A stretch of DNA of 64,000 nucleotides from Flavihumibacter sp. (GTDB taxonomy: Bacteria; Bacteroidota; Bacteroidia; Chitinophagales; Chitinophagaceae). The stretch's first letter is position 1; the number at the start of each line of letters is the position of its first letter. The translations under genes and the position numbers were made by a program. The notes under the pieces were generated by a model, which saw only the letters and a program-made list of their open reading frames with translations, was not told the DNA's origin and ran no database searches. The stretch covers positions 6,414 through 70,413 of the forward strand of contig JBDHYM010000001.1 of the NCBI GenBank assembly GCA_039811405.1. Direction: 5' to 3'. Below, in pieces: positions 1 to 11,001 of the stretch.

Positions 1-2661
1 CTGACCGCTCTCCGAAACGAAATAAACCGAATAAGGGTTTTCACGGCTGGTGAGGTTATATACACCCGCCGACCAGGAATTGTGGAACTTCTGTTTCACC
101 TTGTGATTGCCATCGAGCGTTATCGAAAAATCGGCCCTGAAATAATCCGGTATGCGATACTGGTTCCGGTCTGAATAAAGCAATGCAGTGGTGCCGCCCA
201 TATTGAAAACACCAATGGGAAGTGTAATCGGACGACCCGTGGTATATACCATATTGGTTGACATACTCAACCTGTGCGAAAAACGGTAATTGACAATGGC
301 GTTGACATTGTGCGGCTTGTCAAAACTGGCGGGATACCATTCTCCCCGGTTGATCTTTTCACCGGCGATGGGATCATCCTGCTGTAAAAAGGTGCGCGAA
401 TATGTATAGCTGAACCAGCCATTCAGCCGACCGGCTGTCTTTTTCAACAGGAACTCAACACCCCACGCTTTTCCGCGGGTATTGATCAGGTCTGTTTCGA
501 TGTGTTCATTCATTAACAGCGAAGCGCCGCTTTTATAATCCAGAAAATGTTTGATCCGTTTATAATACCCTTCGACAGACGCTTCGATGGTATTGTTCTT
601 GAAGTCCTGGTAATAACCGATACTTACCTGCTGCCCCTGTTGCGGCTGCACAAAGCGATCGCTTAGCTTCCAGATATCGGTGGGTGAAATAGTGACCGTA
701 TTCGACAGCATATGAATGTACTGCTGCATACTGTTATAACTGAGCTTAACCGAATTGTTATTGCCGAGGCTGTACCGCAGGCCGATTCTTATCTCAGGCG
801 CCTGCCAGGTCTTGATTATTTTCCCCGACGCATACGTGCTGACACCTGAAACCGACGATGTATCGCGCGGTAAACCGGGCGTGTATTCATTTACGCTGGC
901 AGGTCCGAAGGCATTGAATATGCTGTACCGGATGCCCGCAGATACAGACAATTTGTTATTGATCGTCCAGTTATCGCCGAGATAGACCGCTGTTTCGAGC
1001 GCCCGTTCGGTTTGAACCTGTTTTTTTGCGACGATCGAACTGTCGCCCACCGGTTCAAAAGTGCCGGGACTCAGCTGGTACCAAATTGCATTCAGTCCGA
1101 AGCTCAACTGGTGATCATTATTGATGGTGTAGCTCGACTCCGACCGCAGGCTGTACTGCCTGATATTAAAAGAAAGCCGGTAGGCATTTACGGGATTTTC
1201 ACTACTGTTGACGGCATAATGGTAATCGTCGCCGCCAATGGTCAGCACATGGCTGAATGCATTATTAAACAGGTGTTTCCACTTTATATTGGCATTGGTA
1301 TTACCATAGCGGTAAGTGGTATCACCGTTGAACTTAAATCGGTCATTGCTTTTGTAGGCCGTTATATAAACAGCATTTTTTGCATTGATATTGGTGCTGT
1401 AGCGAATGTTTACATCATAGAAGCCTGCCCGGCTGTTTTTATATTCTTTATTGGGTATTACACCCATCAGCCAGTTGGAGTAAGTGGTGCGGGCGCCCAT
1501 CATCAGCGATGATTTGTCTTTGCGAACCGGCCCGCCAATGCTTACTTTACTTGTCAACGGGCCAATTCCCGCCTGACCTGACCAGTTCTTCACATTTCCG
1601 TCCTGCAAAGCGATATCCAATACGCTCGACAACCGACCGCCATATTTTTCAGGGATGGCAGCTTTATACAGTTCCACTCCTTTTACTACATCGGGATTGA
1701 AGGCAGAAAAGAAGCCAAAAAGATGGCTGGGATTATAAATGGTGGCATCGCTCATAAGGATCAGGTTTTGATCGCTTGCGCCGCCCCGCACATTAAACCC
1801 GTTGGCGGCTTCGCCGGCCGACGTAACACCCGGCAGGCTCAATACTACCTTCATGATATCCGCCTCGCCAAATACTACCGGCACCTGGCGGATCACCTTC
1901 ATCGAGAGCCTGCTGGTGCCCATTTGTAAGTTGCGGGTATTGGAATTTTTCTGGGCGGTTACCGTCACTGACTTTAAGCTGGCTACATATTCGCGCAGCT
2001 CAACATCCAGTTTGCCGTCATTATTCAGGTTAAGCTGCCTGAAAGTAGTGGTCATACCCGGGCTGCTGTAGAACAACTGGTGCTTGCCCCTGGGCAATGT
2101 AATCTGATAGTACCCGTAACGGTCGGTGTTGACAGCGGTATACGGGCTATCGATATACACCAAAGCACCTACGACGGGATCGCCAGAGCGAATGTCTCTC
2201 ACATAACCGACCACCGAGGCCCGGCCGGTATTACTTCGTGCATCGCGTTTACCTACTTCAAACAGCTTCCGTTCTTCGTCCACCAGCAGTTGGGTAGCAA
2301 TATCCTCTTCTGCAGGAGATAGTATCGGCTGCCGGCCGCTGTTTGCCATTCCTGCAATAACCACCTGGAATTGCCAGGTAATATATACCGAATTATCGGG
2401 AGCAATCGCAAACTGAAGCCCTGTTCCTGCCAATTCATCTTCCAGTATGGCCGACAAGGAAGCTTGTTTGTATGCATGCCGCACCCGCAGGCTGTCGATC
2501 CTGCGGGGATCGAAATAAAAATGATACCCGGTTGTTTTCTCCACTTCCTCCACCAGCCGCAGAAAAGGCTTACCTGCCAGATCAAGGTCGATCTGCTTCC
2601 TTTCCTGCGCAATCAATTGCCCGCAAACAAACAACAGGAGTATCAGAACAATGTACTTCAC
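1..2661 (-). CDS. TonB-dependent receptor with carboxypeptidase-regulatory-like domain (partial, 3' end runs off window)
   Basis: Not in ORF track. Manual translation from GTG at 2661 (overlapping the upstream TAG) gives signal MKYIVLILLLFVCGQLIAQ, plug motifs LPGVTSAGE..GFNVRGGASDQNLIL and YGGRLSSVLDI, and C-terminal barrel YRIPDYFRADFS..VYNL; frame is open to position 1. Confidence 0.9.
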   Translation of the reverse strand, partial: MKYIVLILLLFVCGQLIAQERKQIDLDLAGKPFLRLVEEVEKTTGYHFYFDPRRIDSLRVRHAYKQASLSAILEDELAGTGLQFAIAPDNSVYITWQFQVVIAGMANSGRQPILSPAEEDIATQLLVDEERKLFEVGKRDARSNTGRASVVGYVRDIRSGDPVVGALVYIDSPYTAVNTDRYGYYQITLPRGKHQLFYSSPGMTTTFRQLNLNNDGKLDVELREYVASLKSVTVTAQKNSNTRNLQMGTSRLSMKVIRQVPVVFGEADIMKVVLSLPGVTSAGEAANGFNVRGGASDQNLILMSDATIYNPSHLFGFFSAFNPDVVKGVELYKAAIPEKYGGRLSSVLDIALQDGNVKNWSGQAGIGPLTSKVSIGGPVRKDKSSLMMGARTTYSNWLMGVIPNKEYKNSRAGFYDVNIRYSTNINAKNAVYITAYKSNDRFKFNGDTTYRYGNTNANIKWKHLFNNAFSHVLTIGGDDYHYAVNSSENPVNAYRLSFNIRQYSLRSESSYTINNDHQLSFGLNAIWYQLSPGTFEPVGDSSIVAKKQVQTERALETAVYLGDNWTINNKLSVSAGIRYSIFNAFGPASVNEYTPGLPRDTSSVSGVSTYASGKIIKTWQAPEIRIGLRYSLGNNNSVKLSYNSMQQYIHMLSNTVTISPTDIWKLSDRFVQPQQGQQVSIGYYQDFKNNTIEASVEGYYKRIKHFLDYKSGASLLMNEHIETDLINTRGKAWGVEFLLKKTAGRLNGWFSYTYSRTFLQQDDPIAGEKINRGEWYPASFDKPHNVNAIVNYRFSHRLSMSTNMVYTTGRPITLPIGVFNMGGTTALLYSDRNQYRIPDYFRADFSITLDGNHKVKQKFHNSWSAGVYNLTSRENPYSVYFVSESGQ

Positions 2662-3374
2662 TATCCGGTTGTTTGATTGAGTGCTGCAATGATCTGCCGA
2701 AGACCGTCTTCCTGGTTTTTCCTGGTGCGGATATTATCCGTCCTGATGATCCGCCTGATCTTTTCTCTAAGAGAAGGCAGTTGTTGCATGATGTCCTTCT
2801 CATTGCTTACCGGAAGCAACCGGTTTTCAAACATCAGGTAATAGGTATTCATCTCTTTAAAAAAGGGAAGTGCATTTTCTTCGGCCCTGGCCGGCGGGGC
2901 CAGGTATTTTTGTCGCAGGCAGTACAATTGAACGGGGCCATTCTCCAGCCGTTCCAGGAATTGTCTCTCATCGCCGTTCATCCTGTATTGAAAAAACCTG
3001 TCTCCGACCCGGAAGCTGTCCACTCCTTCTTTAATAAGGCTGATAAGAAGGTTCTTTTTATAATCTTCGATCACCAGCATGTCTTTTTCTATATCGAACA
3101 GGGCAGACACCTGTTCATAACGATTGGACTTATACCAGATGGTGAATGGCTGCAACTGGTCGGACAGCAAATAAGGATGCCCGATCGTTTTTGAACCGCG
3201 GCGAAGGTATTCGGCACCTGTATATAATACGGAAGAAGGGCCGACCGCTTGCCGGAAATAAGTCGCCGGAACAGCGTCCGAACCATCAAAAGAAACAGGT
3301 GATGGGTTTTGCGCCGTCGCCGCCAGCGAAGCAACCAGGCTGATCATGATAAGGCAACAGCGAATATCTGCCAT
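2661..3374 (-). CDS. Secreted hypothetical protein, translationally coupled to the TBDR
   Basis: 237-aa ORF with N-terminal signal (SLAATAQ), LYTGAEY..GHPYL; its stop overlaps the TBDR start. Confidence 0.75.
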   Translation of the reverse strand: MADIRCCLIMISLVASLAATAQNPSPVSFDGSDAVPATYFRQAVGPSSVLYTGAEYLRRGSKTIGHPYLLSDQLQPFTIWYKSNRYEQVSALFDIEKDMLVIEDYKKNLLISLIKEGVDSFRVGDRFFQYRMNGDERQFLERLENGPVQLYCLRQKYLAPPARAEENALPFFKEMNTYYLMFENRLLPVSNEKDIMQQLPSLREKIRRIIRTDNIRTRKNQEDGLRQIIAALNQTTG

Positions 3375-3450
3375 AAGTAATTAGAGAAGGGGAATTTACC
3401 AAATAAAACGAAGTCGCCAAATTATTTCAGAGAGGCCGTACCTTTAGAAT

Positions 3451-4563
3451 ATGCGAACCTTTTTACAATTGCTGGCGGTTATGTGTATTGCTGCGTTGCC
3501 GGTAACCGCTCAACAAACCATCGACAGTATTTTTCCGGTCAGGGCGCTTGCCATCGGGGCGCCGGTACCGCGCAACGTAGATTCGTTTGCTGTATTTATC
3601 CGGAAAGAACTGGTTCTGCGAAAAGTCAACACCCTTATATTAAGGGTGGATTATAACTACCAGTATAAAACACACCCGGAATTGCGCAGCGACCAGGCGC
3701 TCAGCGAAGCGGATGTGCAGAAAATAAAAGCGGCGGCAAAAGCGGGGGGCATTACCATTATACCACAGATCAATTTACTCGGACACCAAAGTTGGGCTTC
3801 GTACACAGACCGGTTGCTGGCCGTGTACCCGCAATTCGACGAAACCCCCTGGGTGAAAATGCCGGAGAAATACGCCTGGCCGAATGCAGACAGCCTTTAT
3901 TGCAAAAGTTATTGCCCGTTGCACCCCGACGTTCATAAGATCGTATTTGATCTGGTAGACGAAATCTGCGCTGCCTTCGAAGCGCCTGCTTTCCATGCGG
4001 GAATGGATGAAGTGTTTTATATCGGCGACAGCCGCTGCCCGCGCTGCAAGGGCAGGAACAAGGCAGAATTGTTCGCGGGCGAAGTGAAAAAGATCCGTGA
4101 TCACCTCGCCAGTACCGGCAAAAAACTATGGATATGGGGCGACAGGCTGCTCGACGGTTATAGTACGGGGATGGGTGGCTGGGAAGCCAGCTTTAACAAC
4201 ACCTGGCCGGCGATCGACCTGATACCAAAAGACGTGGTGATCTGCGACTGGCATTATGAACGCCCCGATAAATCGGCTGTTCTGTTTGCCGCCAAGGGAC
4301 TCTCGGTGATCACGTGCGGATGGAACCGTCCGGGCGTGATCGAACAACAGGTCAAAGACATGGCAGGATTCAGGCAGGGCTCCACCCCCGAAATGGGCAG
4401 CCGGTTCCTGGGGATGATGGAAACCATCTGGTCGCCCGTTGCGCCATTCATCACTGAATTTTACAGCAACGATCCTGCAAAGCAGGCGATCAACGAAAAG
4501 GGGGTCGGCAGCCAGTCGGCTTCTTTCCGTAAAATGTTCGATACCATTTTGCAACACCAGTAA
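3451..4563 (+). CDS. Glycoside hydrolase family 20-like (hexosaminidase-type TIM barrel)
   Basis: Signal peptide, IPQINLLGH, catalytic FHAGMDEV, WGD and DWHY motifs. Confidence 0.8.
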   Translation: MRTFLQLLAVMCIAALPVTAQQTIDSIFPVRALAIGAPVPRNVDSFAVFIRKELVLRKVNTLILRVDYNYQYKTHPELRSDQALSEADVQKIKAAAKAGGITIIPQINLLGHQSWASYTDRLLAVYPQFDETPWVKMPEKYAWPNADSLYCKSYCPLHPDVHKIVFDLVDEICAAFEAPAFHAGMDEVFYIGDSRCPRCKGRNKAELFAGEVKKIRDHLASTGKKLWIWGDRLLDGYSTGMGGWEASFNNTWPAIDLIPKDVVICDWHYERPDKSAVLFAAKGLSVITCGWNRPGVIEQQVKDMAGFRQGSTPEMGSRFLGMMETIWSPVAPFITEFYSNDPAKQAINEKGVGSQSASFRKMFDTILQHQ

Positions 4564-4571
4564 AACGGTAA

Positions 4572-4988
4572 TCATTTCACCTCAATCACTATCGGTGCGC
4601 CCTTTCCTTTAAGGTCAAACTTCGCTTCGTTGAAATTGGCGGCACGAGTAAGCGGCCTTACATTATTGGAAAAGCCATAGTCTTCTTTGGGTATACCAAA
4701 ACCATTGGTGTCTAGAACGCCGTTGTCGTTCTCATCGAGAAAAACGCTGATGGCATACGTGCCATCGGGGATACTGTCAAAAGGAACGTCTATCATCTGT
4801 TTTCCCTCTGCAGTAACAATTTTCCGGAACACTGCTTTGTCGGGCTTCATGAAATCCTCGTCGTTCTGGTACCAGCCGATATACAGCTTGCCTTTTTTAT
4901 TGCCGCGCAGCTTGAATTGCACGATCTGGGTCGATTGCGAGAAAGCATATACCACAGGAAGCAGCAGCAGAATAAGCATCTTTTTCAT
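4572..4988 (-). CDS. DUF2141 family secreted protein
   Basis: GTYAISVFLDENDNGVLD..GIPKEDYGFSNN signature. Confidence 0.85.
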   Translation of the reverse strand: MKKMLILLLLPVVYAFSQSTQIVQFKLRGNKKGKLYIGWYQNDEDFMKPDKAVFRKIVTAEGKQMIDVPFDSIPDGTYAISVFLDENDNGVLDTNGFGIPKEDYGFSNNVRPLTRAANFNEAKFDLKGKGAPIVIEVK

Positions 4989-5121
4989 ATCGGAGAATTA
5001 TAGCATGCCCATAACGGGAAATTACCAGGTACATTTCAAAAAGCAGGCCAGCCAATATTACCTGTTGCTTAAATTAAGGAAAAGTTGCGGCAGTAATTTC
5101 CTGCCTGCCTACATTTATAGT

Positions 5122-7677
5122 ATGGATACCCGACGTTCATTTCTGAAAAAAGCCAGTTTTATTTCCGGCGGCACCGGTTTGCTGCAAATACTTCCCGCCT
5201 CCATACAAAAGGCGATGGCCATCGACCCCGCGCCCGGCTCTAGTTATCTCGACGCCGAACACATCGTTTTCCTGATGCAGGAGAACCGGAGTTTCGATCA
5301 TACTTTCGGCACCCTGCAGGGCGTGCGCGGCTATAATGATCCCAGGGCCATCCGGCAGCCCGGCGGCAACCGGGTATTCCTGCAGGCAGACAAAAACGGA
5401 GACGTATATGCGCCGTTCCGGCTGAATATCCATGACAGCAAAGCCACCTGGATGAGCTCGCTGCCACATTCATGGAGCAACCAGGTCGACGCCCGCAATA
5501 ACGGTCATTACAACCGATGGCTGGAAGCAAAACCTTCGTGGAAAGAAGAATACAACGGCATGCCCTTAACCCTGGGCTATCACAACCGCGAAGACCTGCC
5601 TTTCTATTATGCGCTGGCCGACGCCTTCACGGTATGCGATCACAATTTCTGCTCGTCGCTGACCGGCACTACACCCAACCGGCTATATTTCTGGACCGGC
5701 ACTATCCGGCCTTCGGCCGACGCCATGGCCCATGTATGGAATGAAGACGCCGATTACAACCGCATGATCCATTGGCCCAGCTTTCCCGAAAGACTGGAGC
5801 GGCACGGCGTTTCGTGGAAGGTGTACCAGAATGAGATATCGGTGGGCACGGGGCTGGAAGGAGAACAGGCTTCCTGGCTCGCCAACTTTACCGACAACCC
5901 GCTTGAGTTCATGGAGCAATACCAGGTAAAGCTGCATCCGCGTTATATCGCACAATTGCCCAAAACAGCGGCGCGGCTGGAAAAGTTGCTCGAAGAAAAA
6001 AAATCGGCACAGACAACAGGCGCTGAAGAAGAAAAACGCCGGAAAGAAATAAGCCGTATTAAAGAAGCGCTGTTATATAATGCAGCCGAGCAAAAAACAT
6101 ATACCATCGAGAAATGGAACCAGTTGTCGCCGGCCGAAAAATCCCTGCATGAAAAAGCATTCGTGACCAATGATGGCGACCCGAATTTCCATGAGCTGGA
6201 TGAGCTGGTATATATGGACGGCAATACAGAACGCCGGCTGCAAATGCCCAAGGGCGATATTTTGCACCGGTTTCGCGAAGACGTAAACAACGGCAAACTT
6301 CCCACCGTATCGTGGATTGTGGCGCCCGAAAACTTTTCCGATCATCCCTCTGCCGCCTGGTATGGCGCCTGGTATATCAGCGAGGTGATGGATATACTTA
6401 CTAAAAATCCGGAGGTCTGGAAGAAGACCGTCTTCATTCTGACCTACGATGAGAACGATGGTTATTTCGACCATATCCCGCCCTTTGTAGCGCCCAACCC
6501 GGCCGATCCCGAATCGGGTAAAGTGTCGGCGGGCATCGATTCATCGGTAGAATTTGTGGCCAATGAAAACCAGCAATCCCAAAAAGGAAAAAGTGCGCGG
6601 GTGAGTCCCATCGGGCTCGGCTATCGCGTTCCCATGGTGATCGCCTCACCCTGGAGCCGTGGCGGCTGGGTGAACTCGCAGGTGTTCGACCACACTTCTT
6701 CGCTCCAGTTCCTGGAGCATTTCTTATCGCACAAAACAGGAAAGACCATTAAGGAAGAGAATATTTCCGCCTGGCGGCGCGCCGTTTGCGGTGACCTGCG
6801 TTCGGCTTTCCGCCCCTGGAACGGGGAGAAGTTCGCCACACCCGACAGCCTCGACCGGAATAAGTTTCTCGAAGGAATCCACAAGGCACAATTCAAAAAG
6901 CTGCCTGATAATTATTACAAGCTCGATGCATTGCAGATGAAAGCGGCCAATGAAAACCCGCATTCGCTGGAGGTAATGCCCCGCCAGGAAAAAGGCATTC
7001 GCCCCGCCAATGCGTTGCCTTATGAATTGTCGGCCACCGGCATGATCGACCCCGCGCGCAAAAAGTTCAGGCTGTTGCTTGCCGCGGGTAAAAAATCGTT
7101 TGGCGACCGGTCGGCCGGGGCGCCGTTCCAGGTGTACAGCTATGGCGATTATAAAGGAAAAATGAACAGTAACCGGCATTACGCCGTAAAGGCCGGTGAT
7201 CATGTCAGCGATGAATGGGATATTGCCGGCTTTCCCGGCGGGCTTTATAACATTCATGTCTACGGCCCCAACGGGTTTTATACCGTTTACAGCGGCAACG
7301 CCGCCGACCCGCTGTTCGAAGTATATATCGGCCATGAAGGCGGCGCCAAACCCGGCAATAAGCTGATTTTGCAGTTACAAAACAAGGAAAAGAAAACGCT
7401 GGACATAGAAATCCACCATAACGCGTATGGCTATGCAAATGCGGGTTTACGCCTGGCAGCCGCCGACACCCCGAAAGCATCGGCAACCCTGGAGATGGAC
7501 CTTTCCGGCAGCCATCGCTGGTACGACTTTACCATTCGCGTGAAAGGAAGCGGACTGCTGAAACGGTTTGCGGGCCGTCTGGAGACTGGCGCCGAGAGCA
7601 AAACCGATCCGCTGATGGGTGAGATGGCACTTTACCCGTCGGGTGGCACCCGACGGGTGGTGAAGGAAACAAGATAA
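5122..7677 (+). CDS. Phosphocholine-specific phospholipase C (phosphoesterase family), Tat-exported
   Basis: Start reassigned to ATG 5122 (MDTRRSFLK twin-arginine signal); HIVFLMQENRSFDH, GTTPNR, TYDENDGYFDH, GLGYRVP, FDHTS; C-terminal DUF756-like domains. Confidence 0.92.
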   Translation: MDTRRSFLKKASFISGGTGLLQILPASIQKAMAIDPAPGSSYLDAEHIVFLMQENRSFDHTFGTLQGVRGYNDPRAIRQPGGNRVFLQADKNGDVYAPFRLNIHDSKATWMSSLPHSWSNQVDARNNGHYNRWLEAKPSWKEEYNGMPLTLGYHNREDLPFYYALADAFTVCDHNFCSSLTGTTPNRLYFWTGTIRPSADAMAHVWNEDADYNRMIHWPSFPERLERHGVSWKVYQNEISVGTGLEGEQASWLANFTDNPLEFMEQYQVKLHPRYIAQLPKTAARLEKLLEEKKSAQTTGAEEEKRRKEISRIKEALLYNAAEQKTYTIEKWNQLSPAEKSLHEKAFVTNDGDPNFHELDELVYMDGNTERRLQMPKGDILHRFREDVNNGKLPTVSWIVAPENFSDHPSAAWYGAWYISEVMDILTKNPEVWKKTVFILTYDENDGYFDHIPPFVAPNPADPESGKVSAGIDSSVEFVANENQQSQKGKSARVSPIGLGYRVPMVIASPWSRGGWVNSQVFDHTSSLQFLEHFLSHKTGKTIKEENISAWRRAVCGDLRSAFRPWNGEKFATPDSLDRNKFLEGIHKAQFKKLPDNYYKLDALQMKAANENPHSLEVMPRQEKGIRPANALPYELSATGMIDPARKKFRLLLAAGKKSFGDRSAGAPFQVYSYGDYKGKMNSNRHYAVKAGDHVSDEWDIAGFPGGLYNIHVYGPNGFYTVYSGNAADPLFEVYIGHEGGAKPGNKLILQLQNKEKKTLDIEIHHNAYGYANAGLRLAAADTPKASATLEMDLSGSHRWYDFTIRVKGSGLLKRFAGRLETGAESKTDPLMGEMALYPSGGTRRVVKETR

Positions 7678-7763
7678 GTTTCGCAAGATATCAACTCGCC
7701 GGTTTTTACCGCTCGCGTAAAAGGCGACCGGAACATGGAAGCCGTCGTTTATCTTGTTGTTAC

Positions 7764-10166
7764 ATGAAGCAACTGATCCTTCTGCTTTCCTGCCTTTGCG
7801 GAGCAATATTCGCCGGTGCGCAGCAGCACATACAAGTCCGGGTAATGGATGCCGGTGGTCAGCCCCTGCCCTCTTCGAGCATTGAGTTGCTGAAAAAAGA
7901 TTCTTCGGTATTGCTGAAAACGTCCACCGACAGCAGCGGGCTATTGCTGTTGAAAGGATGGGCCGCGGGCTACTACGTTGTTCGCGCCAGCCATGCAGGG
8001 CACTCATCGGTTTTGCAATCGCTTCACCTTACAAACGCCGCTATGGCAACCGTCGATTTCCGCCTGGAGCCGGCCGCCGGCCAGATGAACGAAGTAACCG
8101 TAACGGCAAAACAGCCGCTGATAAAACAGGTGAATGGCAAAACCATCGTGAATGTGGAAGGCAGCATCAATGCCACGGGTAGCAGCCTGCTGGAGGTACT
8201 GGAAAGAACACCGGGCATAACCGTTGACAAAGACGGCAATATTGCGCTGCGCGGCCGCCCCAATGTGCTGGTGATGATCGACGGCAAGATGACTTATCTC
8301 AGTGGCGCCGAGCTGGCGACCATGCTGGGCAGCATGAGCAGTGCGCAGGTAGAGTCGATCGAACTGATGGAGCATCCGCCCGCCAGCTTCGATGCAGCGG
8401 GCAATGCCGGTGTCATTAATATCCGCACCAAAAGGTCGAAGCAGAAAGGTACCAATGGAAATATCAGTCTCTCCGCCGGTCAGGGTGTTTATCCCAAAAC
8501 CAATGACAACATCGGCATCAGCCACCGATCGGGTGCGGTCAACCTGTTTGCGAATTACGGTTTCACCTATAACAGGGGATACACCGACTTGTATGCGTTG
8601 AGAACATATTTTGCCCACGATGCCATGCCCGCCTTGCAGATGGAGCAGCCGACCTATATACATTTCAACGCCCGCCTGCACAACATACGCGCAGGAATGG
8701 ACTACTACCTGCGGCCCGGCAGCAGCATTGGCTTTACGGTCGGTTATACGGATATTTCCCGCGTACGTACGGGAAACGGTGTTGCCGACTGGCTGCACAA
8801 CGGCGGCGGCATCGACTCGTCGATCAGCACCATTAGCCGGAATACCACCAACTGGATCAGCAAAACAGGTAATCTTAACCTGCGCCACCAGTTCAACAGC
8901 AAAAAGGAGCTGGCGATTGATCTGGACTACCTGCTGTACGATATCACGAATACACAGCAGTTCAGCAACAGCCTGCTGGCGCCTAATGGCTACAAGGAGA
9001 AAGTGAGAGGCGATCTGCCTTCAGCGCTGAAAATAGCCGTACTGAAGGCGGATTATAACAACCGTGTCAGCAAAATATTGCAATGGTCGGCAGGCATAAA
9101 GGGCTCCCGCACCAAAACAGATAACCTGTCGGCTTTTCAAAACTGGAACCAAGGTCAATGGGAAGACGACCTGAACCGAAGCAATCACTTTTTGTACACG
9201 GAGAATATCCTGGCGGGATATATAAATGGCAACCGGGAGGCGGGCCGCTGGAAAACCGACGCGGGGCTGAGGCTTGAGCATACCGCGTATGAAGCGAACC
9301 AGTTGGGAAATGCGGCAGGAAAAGACTCCGCTTTCCATCGTAATTACAGCAGCCTCTTTCCCAGCGCCACCATCAGCTATGAGGTGGATTCTGCAAACAG
9401 CTTCAGCCTGCATGCGGGCCGGAGAATCGATCGCCCGCCGTTCCAGAAATTAAATCCCTTCACCACCATTATCAACAAGTACACGTACCAGGCGGGCAAT
9501 CCGCTGATCCTGCCGCAATACACCTGGAACCTGGAGCTGGTACACCAATACAAGGATTTGCTGACAACCACCATTGGTTATCATTTGACCCGGAACTATT
9601 TCACGCAGTATTTCTATTCAACCGCCGAAGGGCTGATTGTATACAGCGATGGCAATATCGGCAAGATGAACAACCTGAGCGTGGCTACCCTGCTGCAATT
9701 GCAGCCGGTAAAGAACTGGAACCTGGTGCTGGATGTCACCTACAACTACAAAGTACTGGAAGGGTTTGTATGGACGAAAACACGATCTGCCATTCACCAG
9801 GTCAACTTCAACCTCAACAACCAGCTCCGCTTCGGCAAAAAATGGACGGGTGAATTATCGGGGTATTATATCACCCGGCACCAGAACGACTTCAACGAGG
9901 TGCTGGACCCTACGGGGCAATTAGCAGTGGGTGTGGCGCGCCAGGTGATAAAGGGAAAAGGCAGCCTGAAGCTGGCTTACCGCGACGTGTTTTATACCCA
10001 GCGAATGGCCGGCAATACTTCTTTCCAGCACGCGCATGAATATTTCTGGCTGAAGAGCGATAGCCGGGTGCTTACCCTTTCTTTCAGCTACCGCTTCTCC
10101 AAAGGCGAGAAGGTACAACAGCGTAAACTGTCAAGCACCGAAGAGGCCGAACGGGTAAGTAACTGA
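7764..10166 (+). CDS. TonB-dependent receptor / outer-membrane beta-barrel family protein
   Basis: Signal, CarboxypepD-like N-domain, ERTPGITVD..G.IALRG, FDAAGNAGVINI, GNP.ILPQY, C-terminal LSFSYRF. Confidence 0.88.
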   Translation: MKQLILLLSCLCGAIFAGAQQHIQVRVMDAGGQPLPSSSIELLKKDSSVLLKTSTDSSGLLLLKGWAAGYYVVRASHAGHSSVLQSLHLTNAAMATVDFRLEPAAGQMNEVTVTAKQPLIKQVNGKTIVNVEGSINATGSSLLEVLERTPGITVDKDGNIALRGRPNVLVMIDGKMTYLSGAELATMLGSMSSAQVESIELMEHPPASFDAAGNAGVINIRTKRSKQKGTNGNISLSAGQGVYPKTNDNIGISHRSGAVNLFANYGFTYNRGYTDLYALRTYFAHDAMPALQMEQPTYIHFNARLHNIRAGMDYYLRPGSSIGFTVGYTDISRVRTGNGVADWLHNGGGIDSSISTISRNTTNWISKTGNLNLRHQFNSKKELAIDLDYLLYDITNTQQFSNSLLAPNGYKEKVRGDLPSALKIAVLKADYNNRVSKILQWSAGIKGSRTKTDNLSAFQNWNQGQWEDDLNRSNHFLYTENILAGYINGNREAGRWKTDAGLRLEHTAYEANQLGNAAGKDSAFHRNYSSLFPSATISYEVDSANSFSLHAGRRIDRPPFQKLNPFTTIINKYTYQAGNPLILPQYTWNLELVHQYKDLLTTTIGYHLTRNYFTQYFYSTAEGLIVYSDGNIGKMNNLSVATLLQLQPVKNWNLVLDVTYNYKVLEGFVWTKTRSAIHQVNFNLNNQLRFGKKWTGELSGYYITRHQNDFNEVLDPTGQLAVGVARQVIKGKGSLKLAYRDVFYTQRMAGNTSFQHAHEYFWLKSDSRVLTLSFSYRFSKGEKVQQRKLSSTEEAERVSN

Positions 10167-10186
10167 TTCTGTCTTATTTTAGGTGT

Positions 10187-10987
10187 ATGCAAAAACTCCT
10201 ATTCCTGCTCCTGCTGGTTACCGTGCAATCGGCCATTGCGCAGCCGGCAGACTCGGGCTATTACCAATCGTTCGATCGTACAAAAATATATTATGAATCG
10301 GTGGGCAGCGGAACACCGGTTGTGCTGGTGCACGGCTTCATCGTGAACAGCCAGTCCTGGAAGAAAACAGCACTGTACACCGACCTGGTCAGTAAAGGCT
10401 ACAAGGTTATCATTATGGATCTGCGCGGTAACGGAAGGTCTGACAAACCACAAGACAGCACCGCCTACGACAACGACGCCGAAGCGAAAGACATTATGGG
10501 TCTGCTAAGCAAGCTGCAGGTAGCTCATTACTATGCGGTGGGCTATTCGCGCGGCTCGATTATTACAGCCCGGCTGCTGATATTGGATAAAAGGGTGAAG
10601 GCAGCGGTAATGGGCGGCATGGGTACTGATTTCACCAATCCCGAATGGCCGCGGCGAATCATGTTTTATCACGCCCTTCGCGGCGATGATATTCCCGAGA
10701 TGAAGCCGGTGATCGAAAATATAACACGCCAGGGCCTGGACAGGATGGCCCTGGCCTGGATGCAGCGTTCGCAACCGTCTACCAGCCAGGCATTGTTGAA
10801 GAAAATAAAACAACCTGTGCTGGTGATCTGCGGCGAGCAGGACAGCGACAACGGATCGGCCGAAGCACTGTCGAAACTGTTCCGGCATTCGGTTTTCAAA
10901 ACAGTGCCCGGCGATCATGGCGGAGCTTATCATGGGGCGGCGTTTTCCGGGGCTATTACCGGTTTCCTGGCTGGAAGCGACAAATAG
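10187..10987 (+). CDS. Secreted alpha/beta-fold hydrolase
   Basis: VLVHG, DLRGNGRS, nucleophile GYSRG, GEQD acid, GDH catalytic His. Confidence 0.88.
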   Translation: MQKLLFLLLLVTVQSAIAQPADSGYYQSFDRTKIYYESVGSGTPVVLVHGFIVNSQSWKKTALYTDLVSKGYKVIIMDLRGNGRSDKPQDSTAYDNDAEAKDIMGLLSKLQVAHYYAVGYSRGSIITARLLILDKRVKAAVMGGMGTDFTNPEWPRRIMFYHALRGDDIPEMKPVIENITRQGLDRMALAWMQRSQPSTSQALLKKIKQPVLVICGEQDSDNGSAEALSKLFRHSVFKTVPGDHGGAYHGAAFSGAITGFLAGSDK

Positions 10988-11001
10988 ACCAGAGGGTGTT
11001 T

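Noticed and set aside
755-2676. Several short plus-strand ORFs
   Set aside because: All lie antisense to the TBDR that runs off the left edge and was omitted from the track.
4687-5121. N-terminal extension of phospholipase C in the ORF track
   Set aside because: Overlaps the DUF2141 gene antisense; the Tat signal starts at 5122. Track starts at 12870, 21996, 24084, 24157, 32914 and 38905 were likewise shortened.
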